Source of the DNA: Candidatus Anderseniibacteriota bacterium
Lineage (GTDB): Bacteria > Patescibacteriota > JAUYIX01
Length of the DNA stretch: 64,000 nt
Reading direction: 5' to 3'
Assembly: GCA_046350905.1 (NCBI GenBank)
Contig: JAXLZN010000004.1
Coordinates: 6,026 to 70,025 of the forward strand
The notes below the pieces were generated by a model. That model saw only the letters and a list, made by a program, of their open reading frames with translations, made no database searches and was not told the origin of the DNA. The position numbers and the translations under genes were made by a program. Below are positions 37,991-49,111 of the stretch, in pieces; position 1 is the first letter of the stretch; each line of letters begins with the position of its first letter.

Positions 37991-38508
37991 GAAAGTCGAG
38001 CCGGGTGGCGTCCGGCTCGAGACTTCGTAGGCGAAGGTAGAAGCTGAGAGGCGCTGGTGCGTCGCCGGCTGGAGCCTGGCGGAGCGGTGGCTGAAGCCGT
38101 GGCCCGGCCGTACAGCCTGACCGGAATCTCGCGGTACCCAGCGGCGGCCATCGTACCGACGGCGGGAGCTTGGCGCTCACCTCGATATCGAACGCGGTCG
38201 CCGAGCCGGGGTGCGGCACGACGCTGAGCTCGGCCTGCTCCGCGACGCGGCTGGCAACTGTTGGCCTGCGCGGCTGGTTCGCGCCCGGCAACGTCGAGGT
38301 CGAACAAGAGCATGCGCACTGTCCTTGCCGAGCGGCAGGGACAGCTCGGGGTTGTAGTAGAGGGGTACCTCGAGCGAACGGACGACGGTGGTCAGCCGGG
38401 TCACGGGTGCCACACCGCCAGGCTGGGGCCCAGGCTGAGCTTCCCAACGCCCCGATGGGAGGCTGACCTGCACCGGACGCGCTTGGATTCGAGTTGAACT
38501 TGGTCTCC
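37953..38508 (-). CDS. Hypothetical protein, frameshifted at least twice
   Basis: ATG (complement of 38506-38508) with a strong Shine-Dalgarno AAGGAG 6 nt upstream. 'METKFNSNPSASGAGQPP...' then 'VTRLTTVVRSLEVPLYYNPELSLPLGKDSAHAL' then 'LFDLDVAGREPAAQ..' in different frames. No recognised domain. Confidence 0.3.
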
Positions 38509-38581
38509 ATGGTGTTCTCCTTTCCGCCGAAGCGGACGAGCAGGCTGCTCCGCAGGGAACGTACGTCAGCAGCGACAGCAC

Positions 38582-39222
38582 TTGCAGGAAATGGCCAGCT
38601 TCTCCACAGCCGTCGTGCTGCGGCGCAAGATCGTCGGCGAGGCCGACCGCCTGCTGACCGTCTTTGCGCGCACGATGGGCAAGCAGCGCCTGGTGGCCAA
38701 GGGGGTTCGCCGCGCCACCGCCGCATGGCGGCGCACCTCGAGCGCCGCCGCCAGTCCAACCTCCACGTGGTCGAACGCCGCGCCTGGCCGCTCTCCGTGA
38801 CCTGCCGAGACGCGCGAAGTCTTTCTGGTACCCGGCGCCGGACTAGAAGAGGTGCGCGACACGCCCAGCTGCTCGAGGTGGTCGACGCGCTGCTCGAAGC
38901 AGGCCAGCGTGAGAGCCGGCTTCACGACCTTGCTCATCGCCGCTCCCTCGCCGCGCAGCGCGGGGTCAGCAGCGACGTCCGCAGCCTGATCGCTACGGCT
39001 TTTTCACTGCAAGCTACGTCGCTGCTCGGCTACCGGGTCGAACTCTACCGCTGCCTGGTTCCAGGCAAGTCCATCACCTCCGACGCCGCGAAAACCGGCG
39101 CACGCCTCAGCGTCCTGCGCGGCGGGGTGACGCACCGACTGCGGCGTCTCGGGCCTGAGCGTTCCCCGCTGGCGCCGGAGGTGCCCGCGCCCTGCAGCAC
39201 CTCGCACGTGCGACCTTGCTAG
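38582..39222 (+). CDS. recO: DNA repair protein RecO, frameshifted
   Basis: N-terminal OB fold 'AVVLRRKIVGEADRLLTVFARTMGKQRLVAKGVRR', then frame 1 '..MAAHLE...LHVVERRAWPL...LLEVVDALLEAGQRES...LLGYRVELYRCLVPGK'. Confidence 0.55.
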
Positions 39223-39363
39223 CGTCGCTGCCACGGCTGCCACGGCCGGCACCCCCCGAGCCACGGCCCGAGACGCCGCCCGCCCCATCGCCAGCTTCCT
39301 GGAGTGGACTCCTCCGAGCGCGCCTGCGTACTTCGCGTATGCTGACGGTTCAGCTTTCCACGC

Positions 39364-41207
39364 ATGGCCCTCTTTGGTCGACGACAGCAGCAGCCGAGCA
39401 GCGGCGAGTTCGCCCCGGACGAAACGCCGCTCGGGCCGCGTACCTACCCGCGCCTCGGCAACGAACCGCGCGGGATGGCCAGCAGCCGACCCGGCGGCCC
39501 CAAGCGCGGCTCGTGGTTCTCACGCATCGACTGGCAGGAAATCTGGCGCACCAAAAAGTGGTGATCATCGGGGCGGCGGTCCTGCTCGTGCTGCTCATCG
39601 TCGGCGTGGTGTCGCTGGTGGGTCGTTCGCACCAGGGCAGCCTGACCGACCAGGTCCACCTGACCGTCACCGGCCCGGCCAGCGTCACGCTCGGCAGCGA
39701 CGTGGTCTACGACGTGCAGGTCAGCAACGACAGCGGTACGACGTTGACCAACACGCAGCTGATCGTGATCTACCCCGAGGGCTTTTCGTTCACCTCGGCC
39801 GAACCCGCTGCCACCAATCCGCAGGGGACCGAGCCTTCAGCCGAACGACATCAGCGGCGGCAAGGGCTACAGCCTGCGCATCAACGGCGTCGCCTGACCG
39901 GCGGGGTGCAGACTGGAGCAGCTCTTCATCGCACGGCTGACGTTCTCACCCGGCGCGACTCGCCCGAGCGGCTGCAGATCGAGTCGACCGCCACGACCAC
40001 GATCGGTACCGCCGCCTTTACCTTCAACGTCGACGGCCCCGAGACCAGCCTGCCGAGCAACCCTGTCACCTTTGACGTCGAGCTCCAGAACAACCAGCAG
40101 CAGCCGCTCGAGCAGCTGCAGGTGCGCGCCACGTACGCCGGCGGCTTCGAGTTCCAGAAGTCGACCCCGACGCCGACCGGACGAGAGCAACGTCTGGACC
40201 TTTACCACGCTCGGCGTCGGCCAGCAGCAAAAATTTCACTCACCGGGGTGCTGGGTGGCCTGCCCGACGAGGTCAAACGGTTTGTTTTTGCAGCCGGCGT
40301 CGTCGACAAGGATGGCAACTTCCTGGGCGAGGCCGAGGCCTGCGCGATCAGCCGGGCTCACCACGCCGTCCGTCACGGTCACCCAGACGGTCAATGCTGC
40401 CACGGAGCTGGCGGCTGACCAGGACACCGAGCTGAGCTACGTCGTGACGTTCGAGAACACCGGACCGGCCGGGCTCACCAACCTGGTCCTCGAGGTCGGC
40501 TTTACGCCCGGCGTGTGGGACACTAAGCGTCTCAACATCAACAACGGCGGCGTGCTCAAGAGCGGCAACCTGATTCGCTGGGACGGCGACCGTGCCTGCG
40601 CCAGGCGCTCGAAGCCGGCGCCAAAGCCCAGGTCACCTTCAAGGTCAAGCCGCTGCAGCAGCTCACCGTCGACAGCGCGGACGACAAGAACTTCTACGAG
40701 ACCGCGACGCTGACCATCAAGATCGGTTCGGCCAGCGTCAACGGCAACCCCACGACGGTCAAGTACAAGGCCAGCGTCGCGGCCGGCGCAACCTCGACCG
40801 TGGTGGCCGGTCCCAACCCGCCCGTGGTCGGCCAGCAGACCACCTACGAAGTGACCTGGACCCTCTCCAACCTCTACAACGAACTCTCGGGCGCCCGCTT
40901 TGTTGGCAGCGTCCCAGCCGGTGCAGACTTTGTGGCGGCTTCGGGCCACGTCTCGGTCGGGGAGGACCTCGTCTTCAACGCTGCCACCAAGCAGATCCTC
41001 TGGAACATCGGCAAGGTTCCCGCCAACGTCGGCAAGCTCACGCCAGACTTCCGCGCCACGTTCCGGATCACGGTCACCCCGCAGGCCAACCAGACCGGCC
41101 AAAAGGAGACCCTCGTTACGCAGCAGGAGTTCACCGCCCACGACACCTGGACCAACGAGGACCGCAAGGTGACGGTACCGGACGTACTGTCCGCGGCCGT
41201 CCAGTAG
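39364..41207 (+). CDS. Membrane-anchored cell-surface protein with DUF11-type 'conserved repeat' domains, fragmented by at least four frameshifts
   Basis: TM 'VVIIGAAVLLVLLIVGVVSLVG'. DUF11-like 'HLTVTGPASVTLGSDVVYDVQVSNDSGTTLTNTQLIVIYPEGFSFTSAEPAATNPQG' and 'SYVVTFENTGPAGLTNLVLEVGFTPGVW'. C-terminal 'TYEVTWTLSNLYNELSGARFVGSVPAGADFVAASGHVSVGEDLVFNAATKQILWNIGKVPANVGKLTPDFRATFRITVTPQANQTGQKE...'. Ends at TAG 41205-41207. Confidence 0.5.
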
Positions 41208-41215
41208 CCTGCACC

Positions 41216-41254
41216 GGAGCGAACTTCGTCCCGGTTGAACGCCGGGTTCGCTCC
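41216..41254 (+). terminator. Nested GC-rich hairpin (ggagcgaac...gttcgctcc, with an inner cccgg/ccggg) after the DUF11 gene and immediately before glyQS
   Basis: The inverted repeats are read directly. No U-tract. Confidence 0.4.
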
Positions 41255-41271
41255 CTGTAGCGTGTACGGCG

Positions 41272-42561
41272 ATGGCAGACAAAAAACTGTCGATGGATAC
41301 GCTCGTTGCGCTCGCCAAGCGGCGCGGCTTTGTGTACCCCGGCTCCGAGATCTACGGCGGGCTGGCCAACGCCTGGGACTACGGCCCGCTCGGGGTCGAA
41401 CTCAAGAACAACGTCAAGCAGCTCTGGTGGGACCGCTACGTGCACCGGCGCGACGACATCGTCGGGCTGGACAGCGCCATCCTCATGAACCCCAAGGTCT
41501 GGCAGGCGAGCGGCCACCTGGCCGGGTTTGCCGACCTGCTGGTCGACTGTACCAACTGCAAGGAGCGGTTCCGTGCGGACCACGTCGGCAAGGACGCGGC
41601 CTGCCCCAACTGCGGCAAGAAGGGGACCTTCACCAAGCCGCGCAGCTTCAACCTGATGTTCAAAACGTTCGTCGGGCCGACGGAGGATGCAGCTGCGACG
41701 GTCTACCTGCGACCCGAGACGGCGCAGGGGATCTTTGTGAACCTCAAGAACGTGCTCGATACGACCCGCATCAAGCCGCCCTTTGGGATCGCGCAGATCG
41801 GCAAGGCCTTCCGCAACGAGATCACGCCCGGCAACTTTACCTTCCGCACGCGCGAGTTCGAGCAGATGGAGATCGAGTACTTTTTTGAGGCGCCGGCGGG
41901 CGACAAGGACTGGCAGACGCTGTTCGAAGCCTGGCGCAAAGACGTGCAGGCTTGGATCGCCTCGGTCGGCATCGATCCGGCCCGCGTGCACGAGCTCGAC
42001 GTGCCGGAGTCTGACCGCGCCCACTACTCCAAAAAAACGATCGACTTTGAGTTCGACTTTCCGTTTGGCCGGAGCGAACTGTACGGCCTGGCCTACCGCG
42101 GCGACTACGACCTGGCCCAGCACGCCAAAGCTAGCGGCAAGGACCTCCCGCTTCTGCACGTGATCGAGCCCAGCCTCGGCGTCGACCGCACCGTGCTGGC
42201 CGTGCTGTGTTCGGCGCTCGTCACCGACAACGAGCGAACCGTCCTCAAGCTCAAGCCCGCGCTCGCGCCCTACAAGGCAGCCGTCTTTCCGCTGCTGCGC
42301 AACAAGCCGGAGCTGGTCGACGTGGCGCGCAAGCTGTACGACGAGCTGCGCGGCGAGTTCAAGGTGGCCTGGGACGACCGTGGCAACATCGGCAAGCGCT
42401 ACTACGCGCAGGATGAGATCGGGACCCCGGTGTGCATCACGGTCGATCCGAAGTCGCTCGAAGACAAGACCGTCACGGTGCGCGACCGCGATACGATGGA
42501 GCAGCAGCGCATTCCGAGCAGCGAGGCTACGGCGTACGTTCGCGCCAAGCTGTCGACCTAA
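41272..42561 (+). CDS. glyQS: Glycine--tRNA ligase, dimeric class II type
   Basis: 'FVYPGSEIYGGLANAWDYGPLGVELKNNVKQLWW' and class II motifs. Intact 429 aa. Confidence 0.95.
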   Translation: MADKKLSMDTLVALAKRRGFVYPGSEIYGGLANAWDYGPLGVELKNNVKQLWWDRYVHRRDDIVGLDSAILMNPKVWQASGHLAGFADLLVDCTNCKERFRADHVGKDAACPNCGKKGTFTKPRSFNLMFKTFVGPTEDAAATVYLRPETAQGIFVNLKNVLDTTRIKPPFGIAQIGKAFRNEITPGNFTFRTREFEQMEIEYFFEAPAGDKDWQTLFEAWRKDVQAWIASVGIDPARVHELDVPESDRAHYSKKTIDFEFDFPFGRSELYGLAYRGDYDLAQHAKASGKDLPLLHVIEPSLGVDRTVLAVLCSALVTDNERTVLKLKPALAPYKAAVFPLLRNKPELVDVARKLYDELRGEFKVAWDDRGNIGKRYYAQDEIGTPVCITVDPKSLEDKTVTVRDRDTMEQQRIPSSEATAYVRAKLST

Positions 42562-43846
42562 TGGCGCAAGCGCACGTGGCTGCACCGCGCGTCCACACCA
42601 GCACGCTCAAGAACGGCCTGCGCTTCTACGCCGTGCCGATCAAGGGCACGCAGGCTGCCACGACGTTCATCGTCTACCAGGTCGGATCGCGCTACGAGCA
42701 CGACGACGTGGCGGGCGTCTCGCACTTCCTCGAGCACATGCTCTTCAAGGGCACCAAGCGCCGTCCCAAGCCGAGCGATATCTCGCGCGAGCTCGACGGG
42801 CTGGGGGCAGAGTTCAACGCCTTCACGAGCAAGGACTGGACCGGCTACTTTGTGAAGTCTGCCGCCGAGCACTGGGCGCGCGGCTTTGACGTGCTAGCTG
42901 ACATCGTTCGCCACTCGGTCTTTGCCGCTGCTTCCGTCAAAAAGGAGCGAACCGTGATCCTCGAAGAGCTGCGCATGTACCTCGACAACCCGCTCATGCA
43001 CATCGAGGACCTCTTTGAGCAGCGCGTCTTTGGCAAGACCCCGCTCGGCCGCGACATCGTGGGCTACCGCAAAACTGTCCTCGGCATGACGCGCAACGAC
43101 CTGGTCGACTACTTTGCGCGCTACTACCACGCCCGCAACATGATCGTGGTGGTCGCCGGCAACGTCGACGTAGCACGTGCAGAGCGCGCGGCACGCGCCG
43201 CCTTCGGCACGCTGCCGAGCAAGCGGCGCACACCCTACCTCACCTGCACCGTGCAGCAGCGCGAACCCCAGCTCGAAATCCTGCAGCGCCCCACGGAGCA
43301 AGCCCAGCTAGCGCTCGGGTTCCGCTACTGCTACGACCACCCGCGCCTGCCGGCGCTCGAGGTGCTCCACGCGATCATGGGCGGCGGGATGAGCCGCGCC
43401 TGTTTGAGGAAATCCGCGAGCAGCACGGCCTGACCTACAGCATCCGTACCGCCATCACGAGCTACGAGGACACCGGTGCCTTCTACGTTCGCGCCGGGGT
43501 CGACCCGAGCAAGGCCTCACCGCCGTCAAAAAATCTTGGTCGAACTCGCCAAGGTCCGCCGTGCACCAGGGTCACGGCTGAGGAGCTGGCCTGGGCCAAG
43601 CGCTACCTGACCGGGGGCCTGGCTCTCGAGCTGGAGGAGTCCGACAACTACGCTATGTGGGCTGCCAAGCAGGCCCTTACCCTGCGGGTCAAGACGGTTG
43701 CTGAGGTCCACGCAGATCGAGGCGGTCACGCTGGCGGACGTGCGTGCGGTGGCGCAGGAGGTGCTGCGTCGCGGAGACCTCAACCTGGCCTTGATCGGCC
43801 GTTCAAGTCACGTACGCCGTTCGCCAAAGCGCTGCAGGCGTTCTAG
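42561..43846 (+). CDS. M16 family zinc peptidase (pitrilysin/insulinase-like) with at least four frameshifts in its C-terminal half
   Basis: ATG 42561 overlaps the glyQS stop (TAATG). Inverted zinc motif 'HFLEHMLFKGT'. Peptidase_M16 N domain. The C-terminal pieces 'LFEEIREQHGLTYSIRTAITSYEDTGAFYVRAGVDP', 'VTAEELAWAKRYLTGGLALELEESDNYAMWAAKQALT' and 'TLADVRAVAQEVLRRGDLNLALIG' are in shifting frames and end at TAG 43844-43846. Confidence 0.75.
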
Positions 43847-43924
43847 ACTGGAGCGCGCGGCTACCAGCGCGCCCCACAGCAGCAGGTCATCAGTATCTCG
43901 ACCGGGACGATCGTTAAGGCGGTC

Positions 43925-44919
43925 GTGATCCTGCTGGTCGTCGCGTTCCTGTGGTTTGTCCGGGACATCGTGGTCATTGTGCTCTTTGCGATGATCCTAT
44001 CGTCCGCAATTGATCCAATGGTCGATTTGATGCAGCGTGCGCGCATCCCGCGCGCGGTGAGCGTACTGCTGCTCTACCTGCTGATCGTCGTGGTTGTCCT
44101 CGGCACCATCACGCTGCTCGTGCCGGCCTTTGCGCAGCAAGTGCTGTCTGATTCGGCAGCTCCCGCAGTTCTTCCCCGGACACCACCCGAGCTGGCTGCA
44201 GCTGGCCCAGCTCGCGCAGCGCTTTGAGTTCAACGAGGCGACACGCAACTTCTTCGGACCCGGTCGGCCAGGACCCTCAGCCAGAGCACGGGGGCATCTT
44301 TGCCACGCTCTCGAGCTTCTTTGCCGGCGCCTTTACCGTGACGGCCATCGCGGTGCTGACGTTCTACCTAACGGTGGAAGAGAAGGGCATCAAGAAGTTC
44401 TTTGCCTTCATCATCCCGGGCCACCACCACGCCTACGTGACCGACCTGCTCACCCGCATCCAGCTGCGCCTCGGTGGCTGGCTGCGCGGCTACCTCTCGC
44501 TCGGCCTCGTCGTTGCTGGTATGACGTACGTCGGCCTGCTCGTCATTGGCATCAAGTACGCGCTCGTGCTGGCGCTCTTTGCGGGCGTGATGGAGTTTGT
44601 GCCGCTGGTCGGCCCGATCGTCTCGGCTATCCCGGCGCTCTTCTTTGCCTTTACGCAGAACCCGGTGCTCGCGATCTTTGTGCTCGTGCTCTACATCGCC
44701 GTCCAGCAAGTTGAGAACCACGTCCTGGTGCCCAAGATCATGCAACGCTCGGTCGGATTGAGCCCAGTTGTCGTGATTCTGGTGATCTTGGTTGGCGCCA
44801 AGCTGGCCGGCTTCATCGGCTTGCTGCTGGCGGTGCCGCTGACCATCGCGCTGGCGGAGTTCGGCCGCGACGTTTTTGAGGACGGTACGTTTACGCGGCG
44901 CTTCGGGAGACCGAGCTAG
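43925..44919 (+). CDS. AI-2E family transporter (UPF0118, PerM/YhhT-like), with one frameshift near 44180-44225 and an unresolved start
   Basis: 'IVVIVLFAMILSSAIDPMVDLM', then '...FAGAFTVTAIAVLTFYLTVEEKGIKKFFAFIIPGHHHAYVTDLLTRIQLRLGGWLRGYLSLGLVVAGMTYVGLLVIGIKYALVLALFAGVMEFVPLVGPIVSAIPALFFAF'. Confidence 0.7.
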
Positions 44920-44931
44920 GTCTGTGGTAGC

Positions 44932-45635
44932 TTGGCAGCCGTGGCCAAGCTGCTTATTGTCGCAACACCAATCGGCAACCTGTCCGACCTGGGCGAACGC
45001 GCTGCTCAGGTGCTGCGCGACGTACCGGTCGTGGTGAGCGAGGTGCCGCGGTCGAGTAAGGTGCTGCTCGACCACGTCGAGAGCCACGCCAAGCTTGTGC
45101 CTTTTTTTGGCGGGGACAAGCGACCCAACCTGCGAGCGGTGCTGGCTGAGCTGGAGCGTGGCGACGTAGCACTGGTGAGCGAGGCGGGAACCCCCGGCAT
45201 CAACGATCCGGGCGGCGAGCTGGTCGCGGCCGCGCGCGCGGCTGGCCACACGATCGTCCCGCTGCCGGGCCCCAACGCAGCAGTCGCCGCGGCGAGCGCC
45301 AGCGGGTTTCCGATGGATGAGTTCTGGTTTAGGGGCTTTGTGCCGCACAAGAAGGGGAGGGAGACCTTTTCAAGACCAGCGCGGCCCACGAGAGCGCTGT
45401 GATCTTCTACGAATCTCCCCACCGCATCCGCAAGACGCTGGAGGCGCTCGCCGCGGCGGCTCCCGAGCGTCTGCTGTGCGTCGCGCGCGAGGTGACCAAG
45501 CTGCACGAGCAGATCGTGGTGGCCACCTCGCGCGACGTGGCCGCCATGCCCGAGGACGCGCTGCCGAGCCTGGGCGAGTTCGTCCTGGTGCTTGCTCCAA
45601 ACGGCTTTACGCCGCACGATGCGGGAGCGCACTGA
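44932..45635 (+). CDS. rsmI: 16S rRNA (cytidine1402-2'-O)-methyltransferase RsmI (tetrapyrrole-methylase fold), with one frameshift near 45360
   Basis: 'LLIVATPIGNLSDLGERAAQVLRDVPVVVSE', 'ALVSEAGTPGINDPGGELVAAARAAGHTIVPLPGPNAAVAAASASGFPMDEFWFRGFVPHKKG', then the next frame 'VIFYESPHRIRKTLEALAAAAPERLLCVAREVTKLHEQIV'. Confidence 0.8.
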
Positions 45636-45644
45636 GCGCTCACC

Positions 45645-47159
45645 ATGCCCCGCACTCCCTACTACGTCACCACCGCCATCGCCTACGTCAACGCAAACCC
45701 GCACATCGGGTTTGCGCTCGAGGTGCTGGCTGGCGACGTGCTGGCGCGCTACCACCGGCTGCGCGGTGACGAGGTGCGCTTTTTGACCGGCACGGACGAA
45801 CACGGCACCAAGGTCCAGCGCGCCGCAGAAAAAGCGGGCGTCGAGGTGCAGAAATTTGCCGACGAACGCGCCGCGCGTTTCCGCGACCACGTGCGCGAGC
45901 TTGGTGCGACCGCCGACGTCTTTATCCGTACGACCGACCCCACCCACGTGCGCGTGGCGCAGGAATTTTGGACGCGCGCCAATGCCGCCGGCGACATCTA
46001 CAAGAAAAAGTACCGGGGGCTGTACTGCATCGGCTGCGAAGCGTTCTTGACCGAGTCAGAGGTGTCGCCGGAGGGCACCTGCTGCATCCACGGCACTAAG
46101 CCTGAGCTGACCGAGGAGGAGAACTACTTCTTTAAGCTCTCGTGCTACCGCGACTGGCTGCTCAAGCACCTCGACAACCACCCGGAGTTTGTCCAGCCGG
46201 TCGGGCGCTACAACGAGATTCACGCGCTGGTCGAGAGCGGGCTCGAGGACGTCAGCATCAGCCGGCCCGTGAGCAAGCTGAGCTGGGGGATTCCGGTGCC
46301 GGGTGACGAGTCGCACGTGATGTACGTGTGGTTCGACGCGCTGACCAACTACGTTACGGGTGCTGGCTTCTTGGCGAACGACCGCGACTTTGGCCTGTAC
46401 TGGCCCGCCGACGTGCACATCGTGGGGCAGGACATCCTGCGCTTCCACGCCGCGCTCTGGCCGGCCATGCTCAAATCCGCTGGGCTCGAGCTACCCAAGC
46501 AGATCTACTCGCACGGCTTTGTGACCAACGCAGGAAAAAAGATGAGCAAGTCGGTCGGCAACGTGGTGGACCCGTTCAAGATCGTCGCCGACTACGGCCT
46601 CGACGCCACGCGCTACTACCTGCTCGCTGAGATTCCGTTTGCGGACGGTGGCGATTTTTCCGAAACTCGTCTGGCCGAACGCTACAACGCTGAGCTCGCC
46701 AACGGCATCGGCAACCTGGTCGCGCGCGTGCTGCAGATGACGCACAAGTTTGCAGACGGCAAGGTGCCTGGGGGCGACGTCGACGCAGCACTGGTCGAGC
46801 AGGCGCAGGCGTTCTTCAAGCTGTACGACGCGGCGCTGTCCGACCTGCGCTTTCACGATGCGCTGGCGGCGCTCAACCGTCTCGTGGCGGAAGCCAACCG
46901 TTTTGTCGATCGAGAAAAGCCCTGGTCGCTCGGTGCGTCGAGCCCAGCTCGGCTGCAGGCCGTGCTCCGTACCTTGCTGCACATCGTATACGACGTGGGC
47001 GTGCACCTGGCCCCGTTCTTGCCGGAGTCGGGCGACAAGATCTTGGGCGCGTTTGGTCGTACGCTCGCTGAGGCCACGCTCGAGCAGCACCGGCAGGAGC
47101 CGCTACGCGAGGGCCTGCCCGTCAAAAAGCTCGAGCCGCTGTTCCCACGCAGAAAGTAG
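45645..47159 (+). CDS. metG: Methionine--tRNA ligase (short form without the C-terminal EMAP domain)
   Basis: 'YYVTTAIAYVNANPHIGFALE' (HIGH-like), 'KMSKSVGNVVDP', and the anticodon-binding domain. Intact 504 aa. Confidence 0.95.
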   Translation: MPRTPYYVTTAIAYVNANPHIGFALEVLAGDVLARYHRLRGDEVRFLTGTDEHGTKVQRAAEKAGVEVQKFADERAARFRDHVRELGATADVFIRTTDPTHVRVAQEFWTRANAAGDIYKKKYRGLYCIGCEAFLTESEVSPEGTCCIHGTKPELTEEENYFFKLSCYRDWLLKHLDNHPEFVQPVGRYNEIHALVESGLEDVSISRPVSKLSWGIPVPGDESHVMYVWFDALTNYVTGAGFLANDRDFGLYWPADVHIVGQDILRFHAALWPAMLKSAGLELPKQIYSHGFVTNAGKKMSKSVGNVVDPFKIVADYGLDATRYYLLAEIPFADGGDFSETRLAERYNAELANGIGNLVARVLQMTHKFADGKVPGGDVDAALVEQAQAFFKLYDAALSDLRFHDALAALNRLVAEANRFVDREKPWSLGASSPARLQAVLRTLLHIVYDVGVHLAPFLPESGDKILGAFGRTLAEATLEQHRQEPLREGLPVKKLEPLFPRRK

Positions 47160-48003
47160 AGCGACCCCGGGTGGGTCGCTCTTTAGGGAGGGGATAGCTG
47201 GTTCCAGAGGCGTCGGCTCACTGTGCGAACGTGGTCGCCGGTGATGGTGGTCTCGTACGTGCCGCTCGCGACTCGCTGCTGGCCAAACAGCTCGTAGGGT
47301 GGTTGCGCGCCCGGTTGCAGGGGGCCATCCGCTGGTTCGAACCAGAGGCACTCGTGCCGTAGTCCTGTCAGCCCGTGCTGCTCGAGCGCGCGTAGCCCTG
47401 TCTCGAGGCCGCTAGGAACACGCGCGTGCCAACTTGTTGCCCAGCACGTCGTCGTCTAGCCGCATGCAGAGGTCGGGCTGGCGCGCGTTGTAGCTGTGGC
47501 GCGAACCGACCAGCGGAAAGACGAGGTTGCCGATGGGACGCTTGAGCTCCACCGCCGCAAGCCGCACCGCCAGGTTGGTCATGTCGCGGAACAGGTCGTG
47601 CGTGGTACTGGAAGCCTTCGATGGCATCGCCGTACACGCTCGTTGCTTCGACCTGGACGAGCTGCCTGGCAACCTCGCGGACCGTCTCAGCGAGCCGCGG
47701 TACGTCGCAGTGCAGGATGAGCTCGTACAAGGCGCGGTCGTTGAATCCACCAAAGAGCGTGCCGAACGGGGCGCAGAGTTCGCCCAGCACGGCACGGGCT
47801 GAGTCGATACGCGGTTGTCCGTCGCTGCCTGACCCGTCGGTGAGTACCAGGGCGAGCGGCCGAATCAAGCACGTGATGCCGTACACGTGGAGTTCGTGCC
47901 CAGGGTGGGCGATGGAAAGAACGGGCGAACGGCCGAGCACCTCGATGAGGTGCTGCGGCGAATGCGTCTGCATCGTGGAGCACCTCCTCAGGTCTGGCCG
48001 CAC
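47160..48003 (-). CDS. Hypothetical protein, possibly a PIG-L/LmbE-like deacetylase, frameshifted at least twice
   Basis: 'PVLSIAHPGHELHVYGITCLI' resembles the PIG-L 'AHPDDE' motif but has Gly/His in place of the Asp pair. 'VLTDGSGSDG' is present. The later parts 'FRDMTNLAVRLAAVELKRPIGNLVFPLVGSRHSYNARQPDLCMRLDDDVLGN' are in another frame. This is a weak assignment. Confidence 0.3.
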
Positions 48004-48040
48004 CCTAGCGCAAGTTCGCAGAGCAAGCTAGCGTAGCCCC

Positions 48041-49111
48041 GTGCGCATCTTGGTTACCAATAATTCGCTTGCCTTCAAGAGCGGTACGAGCCTCTACGCC
48101 TACGATATCTGTCGTGAAATCCTCCGTCGCGGCCACGAGGTCGTGGTGTACAGCACGCAGCTTGGCGGCGTGGCAGACATGCTCCGGCAAGCTACCGTGC
48201 CAGTGATCAGCGACATCGCGGCGCTCACGTTCCCGCCCGACGTTATCTTTGGGATGCACCACCTCGAGACCCTGACAGCGCTGCTCCAGTTTCCGGGTGC
48301 GCCCTGCCTGGCCTTCTGCCACGGCTGGTTGCCTTGGGAAGAGCAGCCGCTCAAGTTTCCGCGCATCCTGCACTACGTCGCCGTTGACGATCTCTGCCGT
48401 GAGCGCTTGCTGGTCGAACACGGCATTCCCGCCCAGCGCGTCAGCACGGTACGGAACTTTGTTGACCTCGAGCGCTTTCAGCCACGCGAACCGCTGCCGG
48501 CACGACCGCGACGCGCGTTGATTCTGAGCAACAACCTCACCGAGCAACGCGTAACGCCGGCTGTACGGGCTGCCTGCGAGCGGCTCGACGTTGCGGTAGA
48601 CGTCCGTGGCGCTGAGTTTGGCGCCATCGCCGACGCGCCAGAAACCGTGCTGCCGCAGTACGATGTCGTTTTTGCCAAGGCCCGCGCTGCACTCGAGGCC
48701 ATGGCTGTCGGTGCCGCCGTTATCGTGTGTGACCTGTGGGGGTTGGGTCGGCTGGTAACCACAGAAAATTACGAGGAGCTGCGCCGCTTCAACTTTGGCA
48801 TCCGCACCCTCAATCGACCTGCCACCGAGGCAACCGTGGTTGGGGAGCTGGAGCGGTACGATGCTGCAGATGCGGCGCGAGTTACCGCGCGAGTTCGGCA
48901 AGAAGCCGGCCTAGTCCAGGCGGTTGATGAGCTGGTAGCACTTGCAACGAACGTCGTAACGGCAAGCCGGGATCTAGTTTCTGACGCACGTGAAGAAGCG
49001 CGCGCAGCCGCTGCGTACGTGCAAGCATTGGCTCCTCGGAGCGAGTGGATCCGCTCGCTGCAGCAGCAGGTTGCTCGACTCCAAGCTGCTCACCAGCACG
49101 CCGATGCCTAG
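48041..49111 (+). CDS. Glycosyltransferase, GT-B fold (family 1/4-like)
   Basis: N-terminal 'MRILVTNNSLAFKSGTSLYAYDICREILRRGHEVVVYS' and a C-terminal GT1-like region 'DVVFAKARAALEAMAVGAAVIVCDLWG'. Confidence 0.6.
   Translation: MRILVTNNSLAFKSGTSLYAYDICREILRRGHEVVVYSTQLGGVADMLRQATVPVISDIAALTFPPDVIFGMHHLETLTALLQFPGAPCLAFCHGWLPWEEQPLKFPRILHYVAVDDLCRERLLVEHGIPAQRVSTVRNFVDLERFQPREPLPARPRRALILSNNLTEQRVTPAVRAACERLDVAVDVRGAEFGAIADAPETVLPQYDVVFAKARAALEAMAVGAAVIVCDLWGLGRLVTTENYEELRRFNFGIRTLNRPATEATVVGELERYDAADAARVTARVRQEAGLVQAVDELVALATNVVTASRDLVSDAREEARAAAAYVQALAPRSEWIRSLQQQVARLQAAHQHADA

Noticed and set aside
41131-42585. 484-aa minus-strand ORF overlapping glyQS
   Set aside because: Antisense to the intact glyQS; spurious.
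44368-45948. Minus-strand ORFs of 326 and 313 aa overlapping the AI-2E transporter, rsmI and metG
   Set aside because: Antisense GC-rich frames with no motifs.
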